Assembly: GCF_052425735.1 (NCBI RefSeq)
Contig: NC_135760.1
Span: forward strand, 14,942,001 to 15,006,000
Length of the DNA: 64,000 bases
DNA from: Oculina patagonica
Taxonomy: Eukaryota
Direction: 5' to 3'
A model generated the notes under the pieces. That model was not told where the DNA came from. It ran no database searches and was given only the letters and a program-made list of their open reading frames with translations. Shown piece by piece: positions 1 to 14,900 of this stretch (position 1 is the stretch's first letter; every line of letters starts with the position of its first letter). A program made the translations under genes and the position numbers.

Positions 1-584
1 GCCGCAAACAAAGGATTCAATATCAGATGCAGATGAGTTCGCAGAATACAACGGAACATCGCAGAGCTTTGCAGGTTACAGCTATAAGCAAAATGAAGAC
101 AAGTTCTACAAAAGTTCTTCCAAACATGAAGACGAAAAGAGTGCATTTCCAGGAAGGAATGACTCGAGATCATTTACAGCTCAATTCGGTGAAAAGGAAA
201 CCAATGACATTCCAGAAAATGATTCCATTAAGAAGGCCCAAAAAGAAGAATCGCATAACAAAAAGCAGAAATCTTCTGATGAGCCCGACTACAAGGACGA
301 AATTGAGAAAGAAGCTGTTGAACAAGAAAAAGAAGCCGATAAAAAAGCTGAGGAAGAAGGAGGTCACCATGACAACGACGACGATGATGATGATGACGAC
401 GAAGATGACGACAGTGATGATGAAGATGACGATGATGAGCAGAATGATGAGGATGATGAGGAGTTAAAGGACGAGGGACACTCCGTGCATGATAACACTG
501 AGCAAAAGGACGACATTAACAATCCCGCTGAACAGTCTTTTGCCGTTTCACCCACAGTGGTACCGGGAATGTGTCCGCCATGTC
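1..584 (+). CDS. Exon: Asp/Glu-rich acidic region ending in MCPPC (frame +2)
   Basis: Frame from position 2 is open: [13 protein letters not shown]...[36 protein letters not shown]...VVPGMCPPC, then donor GTAAGT at 585. The listed ORF 27..467 is an off-frame reading. Confidence 0.85.
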
Positions 585-2891
585 GTAAGTAACACTTTAT
601 CGTTTTTAACAGTTTCGCGGCTTGATTAATCACCTAGTCCTCAGAAAGGATAATATCTCCTGATGTAATTGCTGATGTTGCAAACGGTTATCACAAGCAT
701 CCAAATCTTACCATGACTAAGATTGGACACGATAACTGAGAATAACAAAATTACAAATACAGAAATGAGCATAAAATAACTAACATCGACTGTCCCGAAG
801 AATGCAGGAAAATGACAAAGCGAAATAAACGAGAAAACTTACAAGACGAATGTGACGAATCCAAAACTTAAAAGACGAATTGGAAGCTATAAACTGGAAA
901 CTCAAAACCTAACTAACAGAATCAATAAATTACACGTCAACAGAAGATATACAAAATGCAAATGAATATGACATGTTAAAAAAGGCTACTAAACAAAGGA
1001 AACTAACTACACGAAAAATAACACGAAACTATGAAACTCTGTACGAACTATGAAATTCACGTACGAAAATTCTGGCGCCCACAATAGCGAAGTGCGCGAG
1101 GTCTAAAAATAGAATGCAAATGATGTAACCTCCACGAGGCTCAGAAAACATCAGCGTGTTATGAGAAAAATAGAAAGAATCTAGGCGAAGTTTTCGTTTG
1201 ATGAAAGTATTTTTATGGAACACCAGCTGTTTTAGAAAGTGTTTAGGAAAATCGTCCGCCATTTCGGTTTGTGTGTCTGAGTCTTGTCTGAGTCGTGACG
1301 CCACTCGCGCGCTTCGGTATTGCCAACTGCGGATTAAAGCCCGAAAACTTGCGTCTACTTGCGTCTCCGCTTGGCCAAGACTTGCGTACACTTGCGTTGC
1401 ATTTTATGTTGTATTTTCTATAATGTAATTCAGGAAGTTCATTTATGTGGCAGTTGCATTTGTTCAAAAAGGTAGTTACAAGAGCATCATAGTAGTGAGA
1501 AGCGAACCATTTACTCAACCTCGTTCCCAGGGCTTTTCCCTTGGTAATTTGGAACGGGCGGGAAAAGCCCTGGGAACGAGGTTGTTATTTACTATCATAG
1601 GACATAAAACCAGTACACAGTTGATATTTTAATTGGTCTTGCTCATTATTTCAAAACAGTAAAATATATTTCCTTTCTTTTTCTTCAGCCAAACCAACTA
1701 AAGCACAAGGTAAGAGGTCTAACACCAAAATACTGTCCATTCAAATAATTCTTAGAAATTAAGCTGGTATCGCAAAAGTGCATATAAAAGGTTTTTACTC
1801 AGTGAGAAACTTCTCATCTTAGAACTTAAACAACATTAAAAAAGATTCATTTTTTGCAAAAACTACTAAAATTGCAGCCAGGATTCGTGATTCAAGTCTG
1901 CAAAATGTTTGACACTGGCTTAGAATAACGTTAAGACATTCATCTGACCCTGAAATTAGATAATTGCAGCAGAAAGGAAGAGAAAGAAAAAAAAATACTA
2001 GTATTGATATTAGGACAGAAAAGTGGTGGTTATTTATCTTAAAATATAAAAATGCCAAAAAAAAGAAATATCTATTCGTATTAGTAATTTGCGCTATATT
2101 TTTTCCCTCCCCAGCTTGTAATGCAAAAATCGACCTAGCTATTCTAGTCGACGGGTCTTCAAGTGTGGAAAGGTACGGTGTCGGTAACTTCCGAAGGATT
2201 ATCGACTTTGTCCGAGGCCTAACGATGGGTTTCGCCATATCAAGAACTAACACCCGAGTATCCTTGACTGTCTACGGAACAAGACCGAGAATGATCTTCA
2301 ATTTCCGCAGGTTAGTTGCACGCAAAGCTGTCGTTATCAAACTGAACACGGCTTGAAACTGGCAAACGACAAATGATTTCCAGCTCTGAGTTTTTATTTT
2401 TGATGTATAACCGTGCTACTGCCTACAGCCGCGTTGCTTTACCAGGGCCTCTGTTGATAACAATTTTAAACATAAAACTGATAGGGTAGCCCCCCCCCCC
2501 CCCCCCCCCATTAAAATAAAGGCCTTTACTACTTTTTGTTTTGAGGAAGCAAGTAAGTGAAATGCCGGCGAACCTCATAAATAAATACGAAGATCGACAA
2601 GACCGCAAAGATAAGGCCCTGGTAAAAAATAAAAATTTCACAATGTTGAGTACACACATATATTTTAACGCGGTGGGGCTGTTTTTTTCTCTATATTTTT
2701 TTCTCTTTTCTCTATAACACCGCTTTACACCCTTTTTTTATCTTTTACAACACATTACACAGTCCCGGTGAAACTTTCTGGGGGAAAAAAACGCCGACTC
2801 TATATATAAAACGGGGATATTTTCTATATCTTAACTAAACACACGAAAAAAAAAAACAAACTAAACAAAAAAAAAAAAAAATAACCACCCC

Positions 2892-2960
<69 letters not shown>

Positions 2961-5900
2961 AAAAAAAAAAAAAAAAGTCGCAAGAAATATTACAAAGTAC
3001 CTAAAACGGAAGTTAAAGTATAAAAAGACTTCATTGAAAAGAAGTCGATACCAATTCTAAACTAGCCAGAACAATACATTTTATCATTTCAGATACCAGA
3101 GTAACCCGCAGTTGTTCACGGGTCTCAATCGTCCCATTAACTATCCACGAACGGGCGCAAGAACAGGCCGAGCGCTCAGCTACGCGTATAGAAGGCTTTT
3201 CAGCAGAAGTCGACGTTCACGTTCCAGGAAAGTTGTTGTGGTCATCACTGACGGCCGCTCCATTGATGACGTACATAGCGTCTCCAAGCGACTGAGATCT
3301 CGTGGCGTCACCATCTACTCAGTAGGGGTGGGAAGGTACTTTAACGCAAAGGAACTTGATTCCATGGCAACCGATCCCGACAAGACTCACGTTTTCACAT
3401 CGGATTTTAAGCAGTTGCAGTACATCACGAACGATCTCAAGAAAGCCATTTGCATGAGTAAGTGTTCACAAAGTCACAAAACGTTTGTCTCTGATTACTT
3501 TTACCTAAAGTTGTAACTTGATCCGGAACTTGTGAATTGTGTGGTGAAAAGTTAAATAAATGCCAGGCACTTTAATGAGCGAGGCATCGTGAAAGGGTAG
3601 CTTTTGAGATCTATGTAGATAAAAAAATGAGAAGGCTTGTTTATAGAGAACTCGCATTTAAAAAATTAAGGTAAAAAAGAGGAGAACACTTGCCACTGAA
3701 ACTTAGAAACTCTTTTACATCTTTTCTTGTGTCAATTTTCCCGCTTAAAAAAGTAAGTCCATACTAAATTAGCGGATATGCTGTTTTTATCCAACGATTA
3801 AATGAGTTATCATCTTCAACAAGGTTCAAAAGCCTTGCAGACACGTCGACGCGCTTTCTTTTTCTCTCTCATTATATTTTAAAACAAAAGAATCGTCACA
3901 GTAACGAAGTCTCCTGTTCTACAGGGCCCAGTTGTTAGGGTAGATAACGCTATCTGCTGGATAAATCACTATCCAGTGGATAGCGTAGTATGTTTTGTTA
4001 ACATTTTATCCAATGATTAGCGATTTATCTGCAGGATAGCGTTATCCGCCCTTCGAACAACTGGCCCCAGGAGTGCAAAGTATAACAATTTACTCGGATT
4101 AAGATGATTAAAAAAATTGTAGTACTATCACTGTTGTTTATTTTGACTTTTTTTTGTTCAGGTGCTGGTGGTACTCTTTCGATTTCTAAATTGCAGCCAT
4201 GTGTGTGTACTGGGCCTACCAAACCTGTTGGTCCAACCAAGCCAGGCGGTCCAACAACACCAGGTTTGATTAACTAGAATTTTTTATATACTAATTAAAC
4301 ATTTAAAAAATACTCATTCTATTTCAAGTCTTTGCTACGTTAACAGCGTTTTGCAATTTTAAGCTACCTTAAATCTACAGACTATCCAAAGATTACTCAA
4401 TCAAGTAACTTTTTCAGTTGCTCGATATATATTTTAGAGTCGTAGTAACGTAAGTCACTGACATAATCGTCATGATTCATTGTAGCATCAGGGAAGACAA
4501 CAAAGAAACCAGGAGGTCCAGGAGGCCCTGGGGGCCCCGGCGGTCCGGGAGGTCCCGGTGGTCCAGGAGGTCCCAATGGCCCAGGTGGCCCCGGTGGTCC
4601 GGGTGGTCCCGGAGGACCCGGGGGACCCAAGCCTGGTAAAACAACAAAACCAACTAAAGCTCCTCCAGGTAAGAACTAAACATATTAAGTTTAAATTACT
4701 TTGCTGTCGGATGTCACGAAGTTAAAATTGTTTCTATATTTCAACAGGTAAACCCGGTGGGCCGGGAGGTCCAGGAGGACCGGGTGGGCCCGGAGGTCCG
4801 GGTGGACCCGGGGGACCCGGAGGACCAAGCGGACCAGGAGGTCCAGGTGGTCCGGGCGGCCCGGGGGGACCCGGAGGACCGAAAACAACTCCGAAACCAG
4901 GAACAACAACAAAGCCTCCAGGTAAACCTGGGGGACCTGGCGGACCCGGAGGTCCAGGAGGTCCCGGTGGCCCAGGAGGCCCAGGTGGTCCTGGGGGACC
5001 AGGCGGACCAACAACTAAGAGGCCAGGTATGGTTGTGTTATTTCTTTTGAACAGCGTTTTAACACAACCTTATAAACGTTACGTTATTCGATATAACGTG
5101 TTGTTAATAAGCTATCCAGAAACCAAAAAAAATCAGAAATCAGAACAGAAAGGGATGTTCAGTTTCTTATACGATGAATTAGAACATCGCCCATCTTAGT
5201 GTATCATGAAGGGTGTCAATTCGTCATTATAAACTTGAAAATCTAAACAAGCCCTAAAAAAATCGAACGTCCTGTCAGACTTGTTTAGAATTTTTTAACA
5301 CTGATTCCAAAAACGTAATGAATATTGCAAATGCTTACAAAATAACCCTTGTCACAAGACTGGACAATCTCAGATGATATATTGATATGCATCAAAAACA
5401 CTTTCAAATTCCTTTTGAATGAAGGAGGTCAGTACAAATTCGAAAGTTCTGCCATGCATTCCAGTGGTATTTTAGTCTCCGTAGAAAAGCACATAAATTT
5501 AGGTACAGTGAATGTGAAATAAATCGCCAAATTTCAGTGTTATTGCGCATATTAAAAAATAACATTCTAAAAACGTTTTCTGTAAGCACAGTGTCACAGT
5601 TAGAATCCCGGAATATACTTCGTAGTCTCAGTTGAATGCTCGAAACTTTTAGACTTTCGAATTGTTGTCTTTATTACTGGAATTCTTCTTGCAGGTAAAT
5701 CCACAAGACCAACAAGACCAACTAAAAAAGCGCCGGGAACACCAGGTGGCCCTGGAGGACCAGGCGGTCCCGGCGGACCCGGAGGTCCAGGTGGTCCGGG
5801 GGGTCCAGGAGGTCCAGGAGGGCCCGGTGGGCCCGGCGGAAAGACAACACCACGTCCTGGAAAAACAACAAAGCCAACGAAACCCACAAAGAAACCAGGA

Positions 5901-8900
5901 ACTCCCGGAGGTCCGAGTGGACCGGGTGGTCCTGGCGGACCAGGAGGGCCTGGTGGTCCGGGAGGACCTGGTGGCCCCGGTGGCCCTGGGGGACCTGGAG
6001 GAAAAACGACACCACGTCCTGGGAAAACGACAAAGCCAACCAAACCAACAAAGAAACCGGGCACACCGGGAGGTCCAGGTGGTCCCAAGGGGCCTGGCGG
6101 GCCCGGAGGCCCGGGAGGTCCCGGAGGACCTGGAGGACCCGGTGGACCGGGAGGTCCTGGTGGTCCCGGAGGCCCAGGGGGTCCAGGAGGACCCGGTGGT
6201 CCCGGTGGGCCTACAACGAAATCTCCAAGAGTGCCAACCAAGAAAACCACACCAACTCCGTATGCCCCGGGTAAGCCTAATGGCCCAGGGGGACCAGGAG
6301 GTCCAGGGGGACCCGGCGGACCCGGTGGTCCGGGTGGACCAGGAGGGCCCGGTGGACCAGGAGGACCAGGAGGTAACGGAATACTTCTTGTTTTTGCTTT
6401 ATGTATCGCGTCATTTATGTATCATTGATGTATCGTTTAGGTATCAGCTGGACCAACTGAGAACGAGAATCGCCGAGATTTGAAGGACCAGAGTCATAGG
6501 CGTACGAGGCGGGGGGGGCGAGGGGGGCTGCAGCCCCCCCAGTGCCAAAATTTTTCGGGCAAAATGGTTAGAATTCGGGCAACAAGCCTAGGAAAAAAAT
6601 AGAAAATAAGCCGACAAATCTCAACATTATGTTCAAAACGAGTTACATCAACAGAAAAAGTATTGGAAATATACCGAACTTTGTGGTTCAAAAGTTATCT
6701 GCTTTTGTTTCCTCTCGAACATTGATCATGTTCGATTTTTCTCGCAAATTCTGCGTGATCCCTCAGTTTGTTTCAGTTTCAATCATTTTGAAGTGAGTGA
6801 AAAATTGGCGAGGGCGACCAGAAGTTAGGATTTTCCATTTTCCGCACGGTGGATCCAGTGTAAGACCTTAAAACAAAGTCGTTACAAATGCGATGAAGCT
6901 TATGCTTTTGACTCAAATGTAAGTTCTAAGGACTAGCTCAAAACTTTCGACGAAATTTTTTAACTCATTTACCCCTGAATTTCTCACACGCTTTTGTATT
7001 TCTCTCAAGTGGAGGAAAAACAATGTAAAATTGGCTCCCCAAAAATACCTTATTTTTTTTAACAAGAGTGAATAAATAAAATATTTCCGAAGAAAAATGA
7101 TTCAGTGCATTGGCATCTTCGGGCAATGCCACGAAATTAATTAAGAACTATCGTTTCCCTTAAGCAAGTAGGAAAAGTTTGTACACAATTATTTCAATGA
7201 ACGTTTTGTTGTCCGTTTTATATGCCTTTAAACGCATGTCATTTTTTTTTTCGGGCAGTTAGGTCTCCGCCCCCCTAGGGCTGAAGGTGCCCGTACGCCT
7301 ATGACCAGAGTTGCACTAGAGTTGTCTTCAACTCTAAGCGAGCGTAGATAAAACAAGATAAATTAAAACTCGCGACTTTTAATGAAAATTTGAACATGTT
7401 CTAATCGGATAAGAGCACAGTACAGTTGACGAGGTCGTGGAGAGCGCTTGAAAGTTTCAAGGAGCGTTATCTCTTTGTTGTTTGGCCAAGGCGTAAGCGA
7501 CGTTTCTTTCCAATTTCGCTTCCTTCATTTAGCAGAACTGATCTACTGATCTAAGTGCTCTTTTGTTTTTTTGAGTCTAATGCTTGCGTGCGCTTTGCGC
7601 ATGCGCATTAGACTCTTTGTTATATGAAAAAAAGCTGTTAGCAATCCCAAGGGAATGGTTCGGGATCGATAATTGTTCGCTGTAATGTAGAAAACAATGA
7701 TCAGCTGCAAGAACGGACTCCGTACGGACACGCACGATTAGTTTCAATTAAAAACAGCCAATCAGCGACACGTGTTCCCACGCATAATTAAAAGTTCTTT
7801 CTCAAGTCACGATTATTGAACACTTGAACAGGACGAAATAATTTTCCAGTTAAGACATTTGTAAGCTTTTTGTGAAAATAAATCTTCGTTTTCAGTTCAG
7901 TTAAGCACTTGTGTTTTCGTCTTGCTTAAAAAGCAAGACGTCTTTGAGAAAAAATATTTCGACGGCGACTCGCGTTTATTTACACAATGCGACCAAATAT
8001 TTATTTTGTTTTAAAAAATAGAAAACTTTACCTCGGTTTTTGTATTTAAGTCATTCGAATTTTGACCAATTTTTTCTTTACAGTGTAAACAAAAACCTTC
8101 AAAAATAAAAGATGTACATGGATAAATGTAAATCAAGTTACGCGACTAAATCAAAATGCGTTTGTTTGGCCGCTTTGCAGTATTACACTGTCCCGGCCTT
8201 TGCCATACACTGAAATCGAATTTCATGCTTTTACGACTCTCAGAGATCTTAAGTTCTTCTTACAGCTAGAAAAATCATAAAATGGTTACATTGATATGGA
8301 AGTGATGATTCGCGAAATTTGTACATCATGATAAATAGTCTTCGCTCCTGTGTATGGTAGCTCGATAATAATTGCCTAGTTTCCAGCGTTCAAAAGGTCA
8401 TCATTATATTGACGTGAGCATTTACACCCGTTTTTAGGAAAATCTGTCACTAAGTGCTTACAGTACAATGGAGTAACAGTCACTATTTCAAGTGCTTTTA
8501 TTGCAAAATCTGTTTCAAGAGTCATCATCAAAATGGTGAAAAATCTGAAAGAAAACGATGTGAAGTTCTTCAACCCTTGTTGTAATGAACATGCTTTTTG
8601 TAAATCGTCACGCAATCTTGTCCAAATGTTTAATCGTTTCTGCTTTTACGGACAATACGGAAGAAGTAACATCAACTCCTGTTCATACTTTAAATTTTGT
8701 GAAGCATATAACATTTATGACTGTTTCGTTTTCATCCATAATCATCCACGATGCCCCTAGCTTGCTATAAGCATTTTAAATTAAACTCCCGAACACAAAC
8801 CTCTAACCAATTTTAACCGGCTTACGAAAACCGCGCAATCTGTATCACTATGCCATACGGCATTAGACTCATGTCACCCTTGGTGACCTATTTTTTTTAA

Positions 8901-11900
8901 GTGTATCGCCATTACTAAACGTTTGAATGACAGTTTGCTGTTGAAGACAACATTTATTTTAACACTGCTCACACATTGAAAAGCGCGTTCTAACCTCTGG
9001 TTACTTCTGATGAGCTTTGTTATAGCAACGCTCACAACAATAATTAAATAGAATTGAGGCTATGCGTAGGATAATATAATAATTTATGTAACACTTTTTT
9101 ATCATCCTTAACAGTTTTCGTGTAAATCTTTGCTATGTACTAGTAGTAACAAACAGAGTTGAACCAACCTGTCCATACTCTTTCGCCATTCTAGGCGATA
9201 TTAGAAATTCACATTATAAAATTTTCAATAACGAGGAAATTTGTTTCTATAATCTTTCAGGACCGGGTGGACCAGGTGGTCCCGGAGGTCCAGGTGGTCC
9301 GTATGGTCCCACGACAAAGAAGCCAGGTAAACCAGGAGGGCCTGGGGGTCCTGGAGGTCCAGGGGGACCAGGCGGACCTACAACAAAACCCCCCGGTAAA
9401 CCAGGAGGGCCAGGAAAACCGGGTGGTCCCGGTGGCCCCGGAGGACCCGGCGGTCCAGGAGGCCCAGGAGGTCCCGGTGGCCCCGGGGGTCCAAATGGTC
9501 CTAAAACCACAACACCACGACCGGGTGTACCAACGAAGAAGCCAACGACTAGAAAGCCGGGATCACCAGGAGGGCCCGGTGGTCCTGGAGGCCCCGGAGG
9601 ACCAGGCGGTCCGGGTGGACCGGGTATGTCACATATCTGTTGATTGTATATTGCTTTACATATTGTCATGATATCACGTGTACAATGCGCTACACTCAGT
9701 AAATTGCATTCCGAAACCTTCCACCAATATATTTTTCATATATTTAGGAGGAGGTATAATTGATTCGATGCTTTTCGGCTTTTTTCTATGATTTCAAAAC
9801 GCAAAAACCCTCTAAATAGTTGTGAAATCGTGGTTGAAATCATGACGTACTTTTTTTATGGGTAACTTCACACGGCAGGGGTATTTTGCAGAACGCATAA
9901 CGCAGAATGATGGTCAGCGGTTTGCGTGCGGTAAGCTTTCACTCCAGTTTGCTTGCGGTTAGCTTTTATTTGTTGGTTAGGGCATTATACTATCGCTGTT
10001 CCGTCACCACATTCTGCGCTCTGGGTTCTGTGTTCTGCATTCTGTATTTTACATTCTGCCTTCGGCAAAATATTATTCAATATTTCCGCCGTGAAAACAG
10101 TTACTATTGCTCGTAACCTTCCTTGACCTGAATTAGACCAATACCCTGTTTAAATCCAAGGAACACAGGGTAATGGTCCATAAAGAAAGTTACTACTTAA
10201 CCAGAACTAGGAGTTGCAGAACTAATCAGCCCGATTACCATGGTTTAAACTAGAAATCAGCATAAGAGAGGTGAAAGATAGGTTACTTCAATGGATATAA
10301 ATGTATTGTTGTGAATAAAACCCTGCTATTGTCATGTCAAACAGGTGGACCGAGCGGTCCGGGAGGCCCCAGTGGACCCGGCGGTCCTACGACTGCGAGA
10401 CCCGGTGTCCCAACTAAACCAACCAAGCCAACAAAGAAACCGGGTAAGCCGGGTGGTCCAGGTGGTCCTGGTGGACCCGGTGGTCCAGGAGGACCCGGAG
10501 GCCCTGGTGGTCCGGGTGGTCCAGGAGGCCCCGGTGGACCCGGTGGATCTACAACTGCCAAACCCGGTGTACCAACTAAATCAACCAAGCCAACAAAGAA
10601 ACCCGGTACTCCAGGTGGACCCGCAGGCCCTGGAGGTCCCGGGGGACCCGGCGGCCCCGGCGGGCCTGGAGGCCCCGGTGGACCCGGCGGACCCACAACT
10701 GCTAAACCCGGTTTACCAACAAAACCAACCAAGCCTACAAAGAAACCGGGTACTCCTGGTGGTCCAGGAGGTCCAAAAGGACCCGGTGGACCGGCAGGCC
10801 CCGGAGGTCCAGGAGGACCCGGTGGCCCCGGCGGGCCTGGAGGCCCCGGTGGACCAGGAGGGCCAGGTATGGTTTATGTTTACTTTAAAATTTTATAACG
10901 GTTTTTGAAAGGTCAACATCAATCCGCGAGCTTTGAGTCTTACATGAAACTTGATCGTATCAGAAGCAAATAGAATTAAGTGTGTTCATAATAAAAATTT
11001 TGGTTTGTATCTGGTCTTAAAATCGGTTTAAAAAAGTTGGTAAAAAAGTATAAACTGAATTTTTGGTAACTCTCTGTTACCTTCATCAGAGTTAAAATTG
11101 GTTCAGTTTTTGCATTATAAGTTTTTATACACCGCCGGTCTCTAGGGATGTTCCCAATGTTAAATAAACTTGTGGGAAATGCACATGCTCATTCACACAG
11201 TTAATGTCCTGGATAGAATGTAGCGCTTCTAGGAATAGGCGTTGTTGCCTATTGTTGACATTTCGTTGAAGGTAAAAATGAAAACTTTCTTAAAAGCATT
11301 TGAGATTGCAGTTAATATATACAATGCTAAAATACTTGCAAGAAAATGAGTAATCAGATAAGGAGTTCGCTATCATTAACTTCTATGGAACACCACAATC
11401 TGTTTAAATATCACAAAATTAAGTCTAAAACGAAATTACTGTCTTTTTAATCCAATAGCGCAAAGTCAAAACTTGTTTAGAGATCGTTTAAATTACCGAC
11501 AAAAACTCTGTTACCTTATGAAAATGTGGCTGAAAGTTTAAATTCGCACAATGCAAAAGGTTTACATAAGAACTACACAGTCTAAAGGCGCTTTCAATTT
11601 GTCAGGACTGGCCGGCCGATCCGGTGATTTTGAATGTGAAATGGGCCTTTCCCAGGGGATTTTCCCACAAATCCACTACAACTGTATAATATTTATGCAT
11701 TGAACGATTCGACAGGACCTATCTGACTAACAACGGAATTCTGTTCTCGAATTTACCGGTCTGGCAACCTGTAAGCGACAAGTTTATCCTTATAAGCATT
11801 CGGTGATCAACTTAAAAATTTGAGTTTGGTGCTGCAGTATCGACAAGAATACGTGTCAGTTACTACTTGGGGCTTGGGATTAACAGGGATTGTGTTTGAT

Positions 11901-14900
11901 TCCTTGTTATAAGGTGGACCTGGAGGACCTCCAGCAGGACAACCAACAACACCAGTGACAAAGCCACCGGGTACCCCAGGGGGCCCCGGAGGTCCAGGGG
12001 GACCTGGCGGACCAGGAGGTCCGGGAGGACCCGGGGGACCCGGAGGACCAACAGGGCCAACGAAGCCAACGAAACCCCCTGGTAAACCCGGGGGTCCAGG
12101 TGGACCAGGAGGGCCCGGTGGTCCGGGAGGTCCGGCGGGACCAACAACAAAGCCACCAGGAAAACCCGGCGGACCAGGGGGACCTGGAGGACCAGGAGGC
12201 CCGGGAGGTCCTAGTGGCCCAGGAGGACCCACAACAAAACGACCAGGAACTCCAGGTAATGATGGACAAAACAAGGTCTCAATATAACAGTATTAGAAGG
12301 AACGTCGGAGGTATAGAGTTTGGTATAGCATATGTCTTGTATGTTTAGCATATAGCACTGGTGAGCAACAAGAAGCGTGGGCTTATAAGAAACGAAAGCT
12401 GCAAGTTGTGACATAATTATATCAAAGGAAAAATCAGGAAAACAAACCTGGTATCGATCTAGACAAAATAATAGGCCATTTCCGAGTTGCTATTTTCCTC
12501 TGTGTCACAACGAGTCTTTTTGTCAGCTGTCTTGTGAGGCCATTAATGTGGAAATGAGTATCACCAACACGTTTTGCACGAGGCTCTTTAAAAATAGAAA
12601 CAAAAGGCAACTAGGAAATTGCCTATTGGAAACCTCAAATGTCAGCTCCAAGTCAAGGAAATTTGCTGTGCGTTAGACTTCAGCTGAGGTACTTGTATTG
12701 CTTTCTTGGGCGAGACACTTAACTCTCAGAGTGGTTCTTCCTACCCAGGGATATAAATGGGGATTTACGAACCGTTAGGGCATGCAACGTGACAAAATGG
12801 TAGTGGTTACCTGCGATAGACTCGCATATGCCTACCCTTAGCCGATCGACATTACTTTGTCTCTGGAAAGGCTTTACTTATTTTGTACATAGCATTGAAC
12901 ATAATTTTTATTATTCAGGTGGCCCAGGAGGTCCCGGTGGCCCGGGAGGACCCGGAGGACCGGGAGGCCCAGGAGGTCCAGGGGGACCCGGCGGTCCTAC
13001 CACTAAACGACCGGGATCACCAGGAGGTCCCGGCGGTCCCGGAGGGCCTACTACAAAACCAAAACCAGGAAAACCCGGAGGGCCTGGAGGCCCGGGTGGA
13101 CCAGGAGGTCCAGGGGGACCCGGAGGTCCCGGCGGACCAGGAGGGCCTGGAGGACCAACTACGAAACCTTCAAAACCAGGACAGCCCAAGACGACACCCA
13201 CGACTAAGAAACCAGGAAAACCAGGAGGTCCGGGAGCTCCTGGGGGACCGGGAGGTCCAGGAGGACCCGGGGGTCCAGGAGGCCCGGGAGGCCCGGGTGG
13301 GCCTGGAGGACCAGGCGGCCCCAAGACAACAAAACCAGTTCCTGGAGTGACAACGAAACCAACCAAGAAACCAGGGACACCCGGCGGACCGGGAGGTCCA
13401 GGGGGACCAGGAGGCCCAGGTGGGCCGGGAGGACCCGGCGGCCCCGGCGGACCTGGTGGACCCAAGACAAAACCTCCTGGTACTATAACCAAGCCGACCA
13501 AGTATGCACCCGGAAATCCAGGCGGTCCCGGGGGACCGGGCGGACCAGGAGGCCCTGGGGGACCCGGAGGACCCGGTGGACCTGGAGGGCCACCCAAGAC
13601 TACTCCTAAAACACCTAAGACACCAGCACCAGGTTAGTGCAGATAATATGGCAAAATAGGTGAAAAATATTTGATATAAAAAAGTCAAATAATATTCAGC
13701 AGCGTTATCCTTTCTCCTTCGTCATTACTATTGTATTCATAACAGTATTGTATTGCTATTGTATTGCTATTATAATCACATCTCTTTTTAAGATAGATGT
13801 CCACTTAAACATGTTTTTTTTTAAGATGTTGCCCTATTTCAGCCAAATCAATCTGTGACAGCAATCTTTAAATGTATGCCGACGAAAATATGAAAAATAG
13901 CGCCTGAAGATGCAAATAATGGTTGCATGCGCTTCTTGTTCAAAAATCCAAAGCATGATATGGTTGATTGACGGGCAACCATGAGTTGAAATATAAAACA
14001 TAAACTGCTTAACTAGCTTTTTCTTAACTGAATCGAATGTTTCCTTTTTGAAAAGCCGAAAGCACAGTTAAAATCCTACACCATTTTATCCGTTCAACCA
14101 AGAATGGTTAATCGCACTTTAGCTTTGTGGTCAGTCATTTACAAAAAACTTAAAGTTTGTTGTCACGAGCCGATTTTCATTACTCAGCTCATGATCAGAG
14201 CCTTGGTTTGAGCCTTGCTCGAAGTTGGTTGAAAAATTAAAATCCCAAAGCGACATTACGTGTGATTAAAAACGTAAAATATTAAACTAACTAATAAACA
14301 GGTGCCCCATGAGGGATTTTGCTATCACTGATGTGTGATTTATTATCTTACAGGCAAACCTGGTGGACCTGGCGGGCCAGGTGGCCCCGGAGGACCAGGG
14401 GGACCAACCACAAAGCGACCAGGAACCCCAGGGGGACCAGGAGGACCTGGTGGTCCCGGTGGTCCGGGTGGACCCGGAGGTCCAGGCGGCCCCGGTGGTC
14501 CAGGCGGTCCAACAAAGAAACCTGGAAAGCCTGGGAAAAAAACTACAACTAAACCCCCGGGAGTACCCGGTGGCCCAGCAGGTCCGGGTGGCCCCGGAGG
14601 TCCAGGAGGCCCGGGAGGTCCAGGAGGTCCTGGTGGACCCGGGGGGCCAGGGGGACCCAGTGGTCCTACAACTGCTCCCCCAGGGAAACCCGGCGGACCT
14701 GGAGGTCCCGGAGGACCAGGAGGTCCCGGTGGTCCTGGTGGTCCGGGAGGTCCAAAAACATCTCCACCCGGGAAACCGGGTGGCCCAGGAGGACCGGGTG
14801 GGCCCGGAGGTCCTGGAGGCCCTGGAGGACCCGGTGGACCCGGAGGTCCCGGATGTGTTATGAAGCCGACGGTACCAGGAGCAAAAACTACACCGAAAAT

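Noticed and set aside
27-467. ORF with poly-Met/Thr ([10 protein letters not shown])
   Set aside because: Off-frame reading of the GAT/GAC poly-Asp exon. Frame +2 is open throughout and ends at a donor in the right phase.
2480-2980. Homopolymer-rich stretch with a long poly-A run (possible retrocopy tail)
   Set aside because: No recognisable element body or TSD. It looks like low-quality read sequence or simple repeat inside an intron.
7540-9100. Short ORFs in the long intron (8376-8770)
   Set aside because: No domain similarity and no phase-compatible splice sites; probably decayed repeat sequence.
4757-14863. + strand ORFs rich in V/Q/E/D (VQEDPVDQE...)
   Set aside because: Shifted-frame translations of the GGP repeats.
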